DNA of 64,000 bases, from contig CAYMMM010000002.1 of assembly GCA_964391595.1 (NCBI GenBank), forward strand, positions 16,843 through 80,842, read 5' to 3'. Of the stretch, positions 9,222 through 18,583 are shown piece after piece. This stretch comes from an uncultured Candidatus Saccharibacteria bacterium. Its GTDB lineage: Bacteria > Patescibacteriota > Saccharimonadia > CAILAD01 > GCA-016700035. The position numbers were made by a program, and so were the translations under genes. Positions within the stretch are counted from its first letter, which is position 1. Every line of letters begins with the position of its first letter. A model generated the notes under the pieces. It saw only the letters and a program-made list of their open reading frames with translations. It had not been told where the DNA came from and did no database searches.

Positions 9222-9928
9222 TACTTCGCGCCCTCCGGATTTTTCTGATATTCACTCAACAATACCGATGAGTCTGTGATGCTCGGTTTGGCCTTGTAGT
9301 ACAACTTGTAGGTCATATCGAGTGTCAACGCATTACCACTCCCAGACAATTTGAGATTTGAAAAATCAAACACACGCTGCGAAGACTCGATTGCTTTCAG
9401 GAAATTCTTGATCTGTTCATACGTACCCGTAGATTTGAAGCTTAACTGGAAAGACTCTGCCTTCGTGCTCGTGGGAATAGTACTCGAGCTACCCGTAGCG
9501 GCCGTACGAGTCTCCTTGGATACATTATCAATCTGTACCAATGTCTGCGTCTGAAGCTTTTGGAAAATCGTCAGGATCGTACCTAGGTCATCTGTAGCGG
9601 GCAATACGCGCTCTGTTATGCGTGAAAAATCAGATACACCGCTCGAGTCTGCGACCTTGATCTTGTTGAGCTCTGGCTCTGCCTTAGCGAGCATGTCTAT
9701 CTTTGTTTTTGACAACGAGATCTGAATGTCTTGAGCTTTTATCTCGTTAGACTTGAGTATATTCGCCTGTGCTAGCTGATACACGAAGTATCCGCCGATA
9801 AGCACAATCAGTGTGGTCGCAGTGATCATGATAATCAAGAAATTACGCATCGTAGTCTGCTGTGACTGCGTCATCTTGGTCTCAGGAACCTGTATCTTAC
9901 GCGAAGATTCTGAAGCTTTTGGTGCCAT
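9221..9928 (-). CDS. PilO-like inner-membrane pilus alignment protein
   Basis: Single N-terminal TM segment with a coiled-coil/periplasmic domain. Its position after pilN is the typical one. Confidence 0.55.
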   Translation of the reverse strand: MAPKASESSRKIQVPETKMTQSQQTTMRNFLIIMITATTLIVLIGGYFVYQLAQANILKSNEIKAQDIQISLSKTKIDMLAKAEPELNKIKVADSSGVSDFSRITERVLPATDDLGTILTIFQKLQTQTLVQIDNVSKETRTAATGSSSTIPTSTKAESFQLSFKSTGTYEQIKNFLKAIESSQRVFDFSNLKLSGSGNALTLDMTYKLYYKAKPSITDSSVLLSEYQKNPEGAK

Positions 9929-9930
9929 AC

Positions 9931-10569
9931 CTACGATCCCTGCCCCGTGTTCTTTGCATCATTGCGAAACTTCTGTACTAAGTCCTTGTCTACCGTAAAA
10001 CTCACATTAAACTCTTTTTGATCACCGCTTGCTCGATTCTTTCGACTAGAAACTGAGTCAATTTTTACGTTTGTAAAGACTTGCTTGAGATCAAGACCTT
10101 GTACGCTACGTTCTTTAAACGTGTTGTATGTGTTAAGTGCACTACCGAAGAGGGCTACGGTATTGAAATCTGGTGCAGTAACTACTGCCTTGACCTGATA
10201 CCCTGGATCTACCGATAATGACGTCATCTTCACGTCCTTTGGCAGCGAGTCAGTTAGGCGATCAAAAAGCTGACTGATCAAGATTCGGTTATTACTGACG
10301 TCGTATGAAGCATCCAGCGATTCATTAAACCACGCCACATCTTGCTCAGTAGCCTGCTTGGCTGCTATGTCTTTTTTCAATGACTCGATCGTTGTGTTAT
10401 TCGTGTTGTACTGCAAAGTACGCGTACCTAGGAGCAACAGTAGAATGATAATCGAAGCACCGACGCTCGTCATAATCAGCCCACAAATAACCGTAATCAA
10501 CCTTCGTGTTTGCTGATTTTTGAGCTTGAGTATACGTGCTTCTGGGAGAAGGTTTACACGCAACGACAT
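9931..10569 (-). CDS. PilN-like protein
   Basis: N-terminus LRVNLLPEARILKLKNQQ followed by a TM segment is the hallmark of PilN. It follows pilM directly. Confidence 0.65.
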   Translation of the reverse strand: MSLRVNLLPEARILKLKNQQTRRLITVICGLIMTSVGASIIILLLLLGTRTLQYNTNNTTIESLKKDIAAKQATEQDVAWFNESLDASYDVSNNRILISQLFDRLTDSLPKDVKMTSLSVDPGYQVKAVVTAPDFNTVALFGSALNTYNTFKERSVQGLDLKQVFTNVKIDSVSSRKNRASGDQKEFNVSFTVDKDLVQKFRNDAKNTGQGS

Positions 10570-10570
10570 A

Positions 10571-11608
10571 TCACACCATATTCCTTAGAGCGAGACCGAC
10601 AGCAGTCGAATACGACAGGGCCATACCTGCAAGCCGATCGGTAAAGTCACGTGAGTAGCTGATCTTCTGCCAAGGGTTCCCCATCTCTACAGCTAAGCCG
10701 ATTGCGTTAGCAAGATACACCGGCAGCTCTGGCATGGCAGCTGGCCCGCCAGTAATCACGATTTTCTCGATCTTGCCAGGATTGCCTTGACTGTAGAAGA
10801 AGTCAACGGACTTGCGAATCTCATCTACGACGTTATCGATGAGTGGTTTCATAGCCCGGAAGACTTGCCCCTCGAGCTTCGTTTGCGTCATGCCAAACTT
10901 ACGTACGAACTGCTCGGCCTGAACTTCATCGAGCCCAAGGTTTTGTGCCGTCACACGTATGAGTGACTTGGCACCAATATTGACCGAGCGAATAAGTCCT
11001 GTCACACCCTTCGAAACGAGGGCTATATCGGTCGTCAGCGACGTGAAATCCACGACAACCACATCCATATCTGCGGCTGGCACCATAGCCCGAGCCTGAG
11101 CGATAGCATTCACATCGAGTGCCATGAGCTCGAGACCAGCCGACTGGAAGATCCCGAGATACTTATTTGCTACTACGGTTGGTGTTGCAACCAGGAGCAC
11201 GTCGATCTCTGGCACAGTCTTGTCTTGTGTAATCTTCGTAAAATCTAACTTCACTTGATCGAGCGGCATAGGGATGTATTTATCCGCCTGATACCGAATT
11301 GAGTGTGCGATCTCTTGCTCGGTCATCTGAGGCATCTTGATGATGCTCGCAAAGACCTTACTCGCAGGTAGACCGGCGACAACATTCTTTGTGCTGACAC
11401 GTGCGTCACTGGACAATTGCTTCACAGCAGCAGCTACCCGCTCGAGGTCAGCAGGCGCATCAGAGCTCAAAATACCCTGTGGCAATTCAATATCACCGTA
11501 CGTTACTAACGTAGGTTTATCATGGATATGCTTGAGCTCAACGAGACGAATCCCGGAGTTCCCGAGATCGACACCAAAGTAATGTTCGTCTTCTGTGAAT
11601 ACTTGCAT
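10571..11608 (-). CDS. pilM: Type IV pilus assembly protein PilM (actin-like ATPase)
   Basis: 345 aa with FtsA/PilM-like motifs (GVDLGNSGIRLVEL; DVNAIA) and the typical position before pilN. Confidence 0.85.
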   Translation of the reverse strand: MQVFTEDEHYFGVDLGNSGIRLVELKHIHDKPTLVTYGDIELPQGILSSDAPADLERVAAAVKQLSSDARVSTKNVVAGLPASKVFASIIKMPQMTEQEIAHSIRYQADKYIPMPLDQVKLDFTKITQDKTVPEIDVLLVATPTVVANKYLGIFQSAGLELMALDVNAIAQARAMVPAADMDVVVVDFTSLTTDIALVSKGVTGLIRSVNIGAKSLIRVTAQNLGLDEVQAEQFVRKFGMTQTKLEGQVFRAMKPLIDNVVDEIRKSVDFFYSQGNPGKIEKIVITGGPAAMPELPVYLANAIGLAVEMGNPWQKISYSRDFTDRLAGMALSYSTAVGLALRNMV

Positions 11609-11708
11609 ATTGGTTATGGATAATTCCTTCTTAATTTTACCATAACTACTTTGTAGAATACGTGCTTATCACACAAAGATTTGAGTGAAATATGATGTCG
11701 TTGCCTAG

Positions 11709-14700
11709 CTAGAACTTCGGCGTGAAGTTACCCTGTAGATAGAAGAGAGAGCCCGAATTACCATCTGGAAGCAGGTCGAATCCTGGAGGGGTGGTGATGA
11801 GATTCACGCCATTGCCAATGATCTCCTCAGCGGGACCACCATAATATTTATCGGCAGACTGGTAGTCAAAATTAGGGTCTGAGATACCACGCGCCTGTTG
11901 ATACTCAAAGTGATTCCGTCCGAGTTCGAAGCCGCCAATCGCATACAAACCACCACGCACCACAAGCTTCTCGCTACACTTTTGTGCTGCATCCTTATCG
12001 GTCGTACCAGTTGATGCCGGATACACATCACAGGTCTTAATCTTGCCTGTTGCGAAGATCATCGCATCCAACTCGGTCACAGCAGAGCTGATAGTTACAT
12101 CTCCATTGACGATGATGCCAAAGGCCGGGAATTGCTGTGTGAGACTGGCGAGGTCATTCGCGCCCCCACCGGGACTGCTGACAATGTTCGCATTGATGGT
12201 GAGATTACCCTCATGCACAAGCGAGACCTTGCCTTTTTTGATCGTCCAGTTTCCGCCGCCAGTTGGCTGCTTGAGCGTACCGCCGTTAGCCTGCAGTATT
12301 ACATCACAGTAGCCTCCTTTGGGGTCGCTAACCGTGTAGTCACCCGTGGGCTTCATCTGACTGGTGATATCGGCGGGAGCAACCACACTGGTGCGGCGGG
12401 CTGCACTAGCAGCACCTGCATCGATACAGCTAGGATTCGAATCAATGAACGCCTGTATCTTGCTGAAGTATTGCTTACTTTGACTCTGATCCAGTGCCAT
12501 AGCATACGCACCAAAGCTCTGGGCGCATTCATCACTCGTATCTTGACCAAACACATATGCATTTGAGCTACAGAAATCACTTCCACCGACGACAGACATC
12601 ACCAGATACGTTGCGTCTTTTACTGGATCATCAACTTTTCGTGTGCCTCTCGATCCAAGGGTTTGTCCTTCGATTTTGCCGAGCGCTGCTACCGAGCCAT
12701 TCTGCACGCGTAGCCATGGATGGTACGCATATCGCAATGTCGGTGTGATTGGATTACCGCTCGTATTACAAGTTTCACCAAATGGTGTCACAGTCCCGTC
12801 TTGAGCGATAAATGCCATGCGCCAGGTAATCGGCACATTCACAAGTACGGCGTTCGCCTTCGGTTTCAAGCTTACCGTAAACTCTTTAGCATTACCGTTC
12901 GTTATCACCTCTTTATCACCGAGACTACCTCCGGAAGGCTTACCTTGGTCATCCACTACCCAGTAGTCTGTACTCTTACCAGTCAAGATGAGAGCGTGCT
13001 CACCTGTCGTGTAACCATCCGGGAGGACACCATTACGCCACTGCGAATCCCCTGTATTATTCATCGTCATCTTTACATCTATCGATGTATCGGCATCACC
13101 AAGCTCGTCTGGGAAGGCGGCAGCAAGTGAAGTCGCACCGCAGGTAGCTGCATTGGCACATTGATGTGAATATGGAGTAGCAATGCGGAAGACCTCCTGT
13201 CCGGCGTCGTTCCTTACAATCAAGTATACTGTGCGAGAAAGGCCGTCTCGTGCAGGTGCAGGGATTGTCGCGTTGACAGCACCACTCTGCAAGCCTGACG
13301 CAACTACTATATCCTGGTCTTTCTGATTTAAAATAATATCGACTTTCACTCCATCAGGAACCTTGAGGGTGCCCTTCAAAGTGTCGCAAGTGACTGAAGC
13401 GGTAGACGAGAAGCCTATGTCTGGGTCTAGGACCATAAATGTTCGATATGATCTATTTGGCTCTACCGAAATCGCTGCCGTCAGGTCAGACGTAGCAGTG
13501 ACGGGCTTCGAAGCAGCACAACCATCATCGGCCGCATTGATGTCACAGACAATTGTCCCATATGGCTTGAACCCATCCGGAACCTTTGTCATAGAGGTCT
13601 TATAATCTCCATAATACAAGTCACCCTTGACCAAGCTATTCGCTGCGCCTGTAGGAGCGCCTGAAGCACTCGTTGCGTAATTTGTACGCGTACCATCTGC
13701 ATTCAAGTGATCCTTGAGAGCTCCACCTGGCCCAGTTCGACTAATAGACACTGTGCCCGCTCGACATAAAGCTTGTACGTATGCCTTGTCAGAGCTGCAA
13801 GGATTGATCATGGTGCCATCCTTAGGGTTGCGAATATATACCGCTGTACTTACAGTGGAAGGCCTCGGCGCATATAGCCATCGTGTTTCGACAGTGGTTC
13901 CGGGATACATCACCGGTATGTCGTATACACGATCACCCGATGTGGTACCTCCAACAGATCCGTCTAGCGCACGGTAGAGACCAGTATACCCATCTTGTGT
14001 CCAATCATCAGTATCATCAGCCACCATACGGTTGGTTTTGGTCGGATCTACATTGTAGAAGAAGTATGGGTTTGAAGTACTTACTGCAGCACCGAGATGC
14101 ACGCCGGCGTCAGTAAACTCACCCGCTGGTGGAAGAGAGCCATCTGGCTTGCGTTCCACCTTATAACCATTGACCGAGGTCGACGCAGTATTTGACTCTA
14201 CGAATTCGAAGTATATAAATGACTCAACGCCGTTCTTTGCATATATTTCTACAGCCTTACCATCGAAACCATAGTCCTTGTCCGAGCGACCCCCTGACTG
14301 GAAATGCCAGTATCCTATCCAGTGTCCCTTCTTTGTACTACCTCCATATGATATCTCAGTACTACTCCCGGCAACGCTTACATTCAGCTTAAACTCACCG
14401 AGCGGAATACCCTGAGAGTCACCACACCATACCAACTGACTGTACGATCGATAGCCAAAGTCACCGCGTTTAAATACATCTCCCGCGGTTCCCTCATTGG
14501 TCTTGAATACGATAGAGTTCGTCGTAGGATTTCCGCCTCCCGGTGACAAGTTATGACCATTGTAAGGGGAGTTCGCTATAGGAATGTCTGGGCCATTTGA
14601 CGGCGTGCGCGGCACTACCTTTACCGTTACATCTAGGTCTTTAATCGGGTGTAATTTACCCGAGAGATCCTGGTAGCCTAGGCCTACGCTCAGGTCAGCC

Positions 14701-14792
14701 GGATTGCTTGCCGAAGCATGATGTGTGCCCAAGATAAGTGACGCTACGAGACTCAAGCCGGCTATATAAGTGAATCGCATCAGTCGTTTCAT
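11709..14792 (-). CDS. Large (1027 aa) secreted, Cys-rich surface protein at the head of the pilus operon. Function unknown; candidate adhesin or pilus-associated protein.
   Basis: Signal peptide (MKRLMRFTYIAGLSLVASLILGTHHASA) and many Cys, Gly, Thr and Asp residues, with no TM segment after the signal. It has the same orientation as pilM and sits 100 bp upstream of it. Confidence 0.6.
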   Translation of the reverse strand: MKRLMRFTYIAGLSLVASLILGTHHASASNPADLSVGLGYQDLSGKLHPIKDLDVTVKVVPRTPSNGPDIPIANSPYNGHNLSPGGGNPTTNSIVFKTNEGTAGDVFKRGDFGYRSYSQLVWCGDSQGIPLGEFKLNVSVAGSSTEISYGGSTKKGHWIGYWHFQSGGRSDKDYGFDGKAVEIYAKNGVESFIYFEFVESNTASTSVNGYKVERKPDGSLPPAGEFTDAGVHLGAAVSTSNPYFFYNVDPTKTNRMVADDTDDWTQDGYTGLYRALDGSVGGTTSGDRVYDIPVMYPGTTVETRWLYAPRPSTVSTAVYIRNPKDGTMINPCSSDKAYVQALCRAGTVSISRTGPGGALKDHLNADGTRTNYATSASGAPTGAANSLVKGDLYYGDYKTSMTKVPDGFKPYGTIVCDINAADDGCAASKPVTATSDLTAAISVEPNRSYRTFMVLDPDIGFSSTASVTCDTLKGTLKVPDGVKVDIILNQKDQDIVVASGLQSGAVNATIPAPARDGLSRTVYLIVRNDAGQEVFRIATPYSHQCANAATCGATSLAAAFPDELGDADTSIDVKMTMNNTGDSQWRNGVLPDGYTTGEHALILTGKSTDYWVVDDQGKPSGGSLGDKEVITNGNAKEFTVSLKPKANAVLVNVPITWRMAFIAQDGTVTPFGETCNTSGNPITPTLRYAYHPWLRVQNGSVAALGKIEGQTLGSRGTRKVDDPVKDATYLVMSVVGGSDFCSSNAYVFGQDTSDECAQSFGAYAMALDQSQSKQYFSKIQAFIDSNPSCIDAGAASAARRTSVVAPADITSQMKPTGDYTVSDPKGGYCDVILQANGGTLKQPTGGGNWTIKKGKVSLVHEGNLTINANIVSSPGGGANDLASLTQQFPAFGIIVNGDVTISSAVTELDAMIFATGKIKTCDVYPASTGTTDKDAAQKCSEKLVVRGGLYAIGGFELGRNHFEYQQARGISDPNFDYQSADKYYGGPAEEIIGNGVNLITTPPGFDLLPDGNSGSLFYLQGNFTPKF

Positions 14793-14797
14793 ACCGC

Positions 14798-15850
14798 TTA
14801 TCCCTTCGCCAATGCTAATTGCAGTGTATAATAATCTGCCACGGCCTGTCCGCGCAACAACGTGGTCAGCTTCACGAAGACATAACCAACCTGGCGCTGC
14901 TTCCCGCTTGCCGGGTAGCCAGGATCAGCCTGAATTGTCCCAATCGACGTAATGCCGAGTTGGTTTTGTGCTTGGAGGAATGCATCTAGAGAGCTGCCAC
15001 GGCCATCATCATTGATTGGGATTCCACTAGAGAGTGAGGTCTTGTACAGTGCAGAGCCGTTTGCCTCATCATAGAGCTGCAAACGATTGTCTGCCTCTAG
15101 TGCGTTCACTATCGCATCTTCAGTTATCTCGCCCTTCTGCAATTTTGTACGATATTCGTTTGCCTTTGATTCAGCGTAAGCCTTGTCTTCGGCCAATGCA
15201 TTTGCATCCCCCCATCCAGCTATGTTTTCCTCAGGTAGCTTGTTGACAATCGTACGGCCGTACCAGAAATAAAACACATACCCCTCGTAGTAGCCAGTAG
15301 TCTTAATGAGCTCGAGCTTCTTGTCGATAATCGCGTTATAGGCCTGTACTACTTGTTCTCTTGTGGGTGACACGCCTATAAACTGAGTAAACTGGTTCAG
15401 ATCCTCTTGTGTCGGTGCAAATCCTGCGACATATGCTGCCATATACTTGGGACCGATGTCGGCACGGACCTTTGCTCGATCATCCTCGGTCAACGAAGCT
15501 ACAGGCGCGCTCGAATTAAATGCATCGACGGCCTTCTGTTTGGTATTCTCATCTGAAAGCGTTGGCTTCTCTTGGCCATTGATCGTCGTTGGCTTGCGAG
15601 TGAAGTACAAGTAGCCAGCACTAATCACGCCGATGAGCAGCACCGGTATCAGGACGAATTTCAGCAGCTTAGCAAACAAGCCACCTCGACCCTTCCCCAC
15701 GTCGCCAGTAGCAGTACGACTACGATAAGACTTCGTTTCTGGCGTTTCCTTCCGGGATAGCACTTGTGATGGACGCACAATAGAGCCGGGCTTAGCTGGC
15801 TTCGGATCTCCGTCCTTCTTTGTGCTCAGACTATCAATCGTGCGGGGCAT
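14798..15850 (-). CDS. Membrane-anchored hypothetical protein with a disordered basic N-terminus, one TM segment and an extracytoplasmic domain
   Basis: 350 aa. A TM segment (LLKFVLIPVLLIGVISAGYLYF) follows an N-terminus rich in K, P and S. It is separated from the large protein by only 5 bp. Confidence 0.5.
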   Translation of the reverse strand: MPRTIDSLSTKKDGDPKPAKPGSIVRPSQVLSRKETPETKSYRSRTATGDVGKGRGGLFAKLLKFVLIPVLLIGVISAGYLYFTRKPTTINGQEKPTLSDENTKQKAVDAFNSSAPVASLTEDDRAKVRADIGPKYMAAYVAGFAPTQEDLNQFTQFIGVSPTREQVVQAYNAIIDKKLELIKTTGYYEGYVFYFWYGRTIVNKLPEENIAGWGDANALAEDKAYAESKANEYRTKLQKGEITEDAIVNALEADNRLQLYDEANGSALYKTSLSSGIPINDDGRGSSLDAFLQAQNQLGITSIGTIQADPGYPASGKQRQVGYVFVKLTTLLRGQAVADYYTLQLALAKG

Positions 15851-15980
15851 ATTTTTTCCACGTCATAATACTTACGTCTATCTTAGCGTGGAGCTATATC
15901 GAGCGCAAGCACTTTGACTCCTTCATCGTAGGACAAATGAACACCTGACAATGCTCGCTGCCATCTGGTACAATAACCAG

Positions 15981-17063
15981 ATGAGTAACCTCAGCATCGG
16001 TATCGTCGGTCTTCCAAATGTCGGCAAATCGACTCTCTTCAACGCCCTCACCAAATCTGACATTTTGGCAGCTAATTACCCTTTTGCGACCATTGAACCA
16101 AATGTTGGAATAGTGCCGTTGCCGGATGATCGTCTCGAAAAGCTCGCCGATGTCGCACATGCCGCCAAAATTGTGCCTGCACCCGTGAGCTTCACAGACA
16201 TCGCTGGTATTGTGAAGGGAGCTTCAGAAGGAGCCGGTCTTGGCAATAAGTTCTTAAGCCACATCCGTGAGTGCGGAGCTATCGTGCAGGTCGTGCGTGC
16301 TTTCGAGAACGACGATATCATCCACGTCGACAATTCGATCGACCCAATGCGCGACATCGACACCATCAAGACTGAGCTAATCCTGGCTGATCTCAGTACA
16401 ATCGACAAGGCGATTCCTCGCTATGAGAAGGAATCAAAAAACTCACCCGAAGCCAAGCTAGCCGTCGGCGAGTTGCAATCTCTCCGCGCAGCTCTCGATA
16501 GTGGTAAGCTCGCGATTAGTCAGTACGCCGAAGAGGTTCCACAAACCGTGCGGGAGCTTCAGCTCTTGACCGCCAAACCTTTCATATATGTCATCAATGT
16601 CGACGAAGCTGGACTGAATGACACCTCCAAACATCAAGAACTCATAGCCAGCGTCGCCCCTATCCCAGCGATCGTACTTTGCGCTGAGCTCGAATCACAG
16701 CTCAAAGACATGACGCGCGAAGAGGCACGTGAGCTCTTGTCGGAGTATGGACAGACCGAATCAGGTCTCGAAAAACTCGCGCATCTTGGGTTTGCGACAC
16801 TAGGTCTCCAGACGTACTTCACTGCCGGCGAGATGGAAGCAAAGGCCTGGGTGATTCCGCAAGGTGCTACCGCTCCTGAGGCAGCCGGTGTCATCCACAC
16901 GGACTTCGAAAAAGGATTTATTAAGGCTGAAGTTGTCGGTTATGAAGATTTCGTGACACTTGGCGGCTGGACCGGTGCGCGTGAGGCCGGCAAGGCGCGA
17001 CTCGAAGGTCGCGACTATATCATGCAAGATGGCGACGTCGTGCTGTTTAAGTTTAACGTGTAA
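15981..17063 (+). CDS. ychF: Ribosome-binding ATPase YchF (Obg-family GTPase)
   Basis: MSNLSIGIVGLPNVGKSTLFNALT carries the G1 motif, and the C-terminal TGS domain ends ...DGDVVLFKFNV. I chose the ATG at 15981; the ORF track extends 10 codons further upstream. Confidence 0.9.
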   Translation: MSNLSIGIVGLPNVGKSTLFNALTKSDILAANYPFATIEPNVGIVPLPDDRLEKLADVAHAAKIVPAPVSFTDIAGIVKGASEGAGLGNKFLSHIRECGAIVQVVRAFENDDIIHVDNSIDPMRDIDTIKTELILADLSTIDKAIPRYEKESKNSPEAKLAVGELQSLRAALDSGKLAISQYAEEVPQTVRELQLLTAKPFIYVINVDEAGLNDTSKHQELIASVAPIPAIVLCAELESQLKDMTREEARELLSEYGQTESGLEKLAHLGFATLGLQTYFTAGEMEAKAWVIPQGATAPEAAGVIHTDFEKGFIKAEVVGYEDFVTLGGWTGAREAGKARLEGRDYIMQDGDVVLFKFNV

Positions 17064-17068
17064 AAAAT

Positions 17069-17869
17069 CTATCTTTGACCTTGCGGCAAACCAATTTCAC
17101 CCTGCAAGCCATACATCCTGTCACCCTGCACAGTAATCCCGTGCACCCTGGCCGCGAGTCTCGTACCATCCCTTAGTTGGTCAATGAAATCTCCCTCAAC
17201 GGCATACACCATCGGCGAAAAGACCGTCTCTCCCTGACTATTCCATGAGAAAGAGTTGTATGGATCGTAAATGACCTGACCCTCCTCGTCCTCAAGAAGA
17301 ATATAGCCATGCCCTGCTAGATAATCACTCCCGATATCTGCCATACCGCCAGATATATATTTCGATTTGATACCACAGGCTTGAAAAACTTGCTGAGCCA
17401 CCACGCTAATCTCAGTGCACTTCCCGCATTGTTTTTCTACAACGTCCGAGATAGACCGCGCATGTTTTGCTTTGTAATATGTACTTCGCAATCGATTTCG
17501 GTTCGGGTTATTACCCAGTCCCCTTTTTCCTAAAGCAGCATTCACTGCCATGATTTCTGCCATCAACTTCGGAGTCACTTTTCCAGCTATATTTAATACC
17601 GGAACTATCGTCTCGACATATTCTTGTATCGATTCAGGGGTTACGTCATCAGCTATATCACTTGCGAGGCCTTCGGTGTCAATTACCATATATGCAAGTT
17701 CGTCCTGCCGAAACAAGCCCTGGGCAGTAGGGATAATGTGTCCGTCGACTAGTTTATGAGTAGTAAAATTTACGCTATTGACTGAGGGGGTAAATTCGGT
17801 CAAGTCGATAGATGGAACGATCGGCTCGCTGTCGGCTTCCCCCGTTTCGCGCTCGGCATGATTGGTCAT
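17069..17869 (-). CDS. Transglutaminase-like (Cys-His-Asp) domain protein
   Basis: The core QCGKCTEISVVAQQVFQACGIKSKYISGG...GHGYILLED...IYDPYN fits the transglutaminase-like cysteine protease fold pattern (C...H...D). There is no signal peptide. Confidence 0.5.
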   Translation of the reverse strand: MTNHAERETGEADSEPIVPSIDLTEFTPSVNSVNFTTHKLVDGHIIPTAQGLFRQDELAYMVIDTEGLASDIADDVTPESIQEYVETIVPVLNIAGKVTPKLMAEIMAVNAALGKRGLGNNPNRNRLRSTYYKAKHARSISDVVEKQCGKCTEISVVAQQVFQACGIKSKYISGGMADIGSDYLAGHGYILLEDEEGQVIYDPYNSFSWNSQGETVFSPMVYAVEGDFIDQLRDGTRLAARVHGITVQGDRMYGLQGEIGLPQGQR

Positions 17870-17979
17870 ACACGAAGTATAGCTTATATATATGTGCTAA
17901 ATAACTCACTACCATGTAGCACCCAATTAACTCAATGGAGAAAGATATACGAAAGCCCAGTCCGAAGACCGGGCATAGT

Positions 17980-18444
17980 TTAGCGCTGCAACTGAGCGCA
18001 AATTTCACGAAGCAGTTCGATCGATACGACATCCTCCATATCACGCTGATGGTGATTTCCGAACTCAGGATCATCGAAGACCTTATCCCCGATACGAACC
18101 GGGTGCGCATATCTGGGTCGCACATGCCAATGTACATGTGGTAGGGGTCGACTCACTCGGTATGCGTTGTTCATCAACGCCATCCACGTCACATGTGTTG
18201 CGTCGAGATTTTGCTTGGCAGCTTTTTCGTAGCGCCGGATTACTTCCCAGAGTTCCTTGAACTCAGCCGTACTGAGGCCTGACAGCTCAGGCACGTGCCG
18301 CAAAGACGTTACATATGCCCTACCGAGATAGTACTGGTCGGGAGCCAAACTGACTCGCCACGACGCAGTCTCAAATACCACAACCTGCTCATCTGCCGCC
18401 AAGACAGCACAGATATCACAGCCAGCAACTTTTCTGGTATCCAA
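17980..18444 (-). CDS. HIT-family (histidine triad) nucleotide hydrolase
   Basis: Carries the HVHWHV histidine-triad motif. The start codon appears to be TTG (18442-18444), with the SD-like stretch AAAGGAAAG and a TATAAT -10 box (18477-18482) upstream. Confidence 0.8.
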   Translation of the reverse strand: MDTRKVAGCDICAVLAADEQVVVFETASWRVSLAPDQYYLGRAYVTSLRHVPELSGLSTAEFKELWEVIRRYEKAAKQNLDATHVTWMALMNNAYRVSRPLPHVHWHVRPRYAHPVRIGDKVFDDPEFGNHHQRDMEDVVSIELLREICAQLQR

Positions 18445-18583
18445 GGTACTTTCCTTTACTCTAGAGAACGGATTGCATTATACTATCGAGCCTTGAGCTG
18501 CAGCAAAGATAAGGACTTTGAAACTAGGGCTTCTGTATCCTCAGTCAAACACTAGGTGGTGTTCGTTCCCCGCAGCATAACCT

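Noticed and set aside
15894-16160. 88-aa minus-strand ORF overlapping the ychF start
   Set aside because: It overlaps the highly conserved ychF G1-motif coding region on the opposite strand and is spurious.
18445-18583. Possible tRNA in the HIT / 298-aa intergenic region (GGTGTTCGTTCCCC resembles a T-arm)
   Set aside because: No acceptor-stem pairing, no D-arm, and no GTTCGAATCC-type T-loop. The region instead contains the TATAAT box and SD sequence of the HIT gene.
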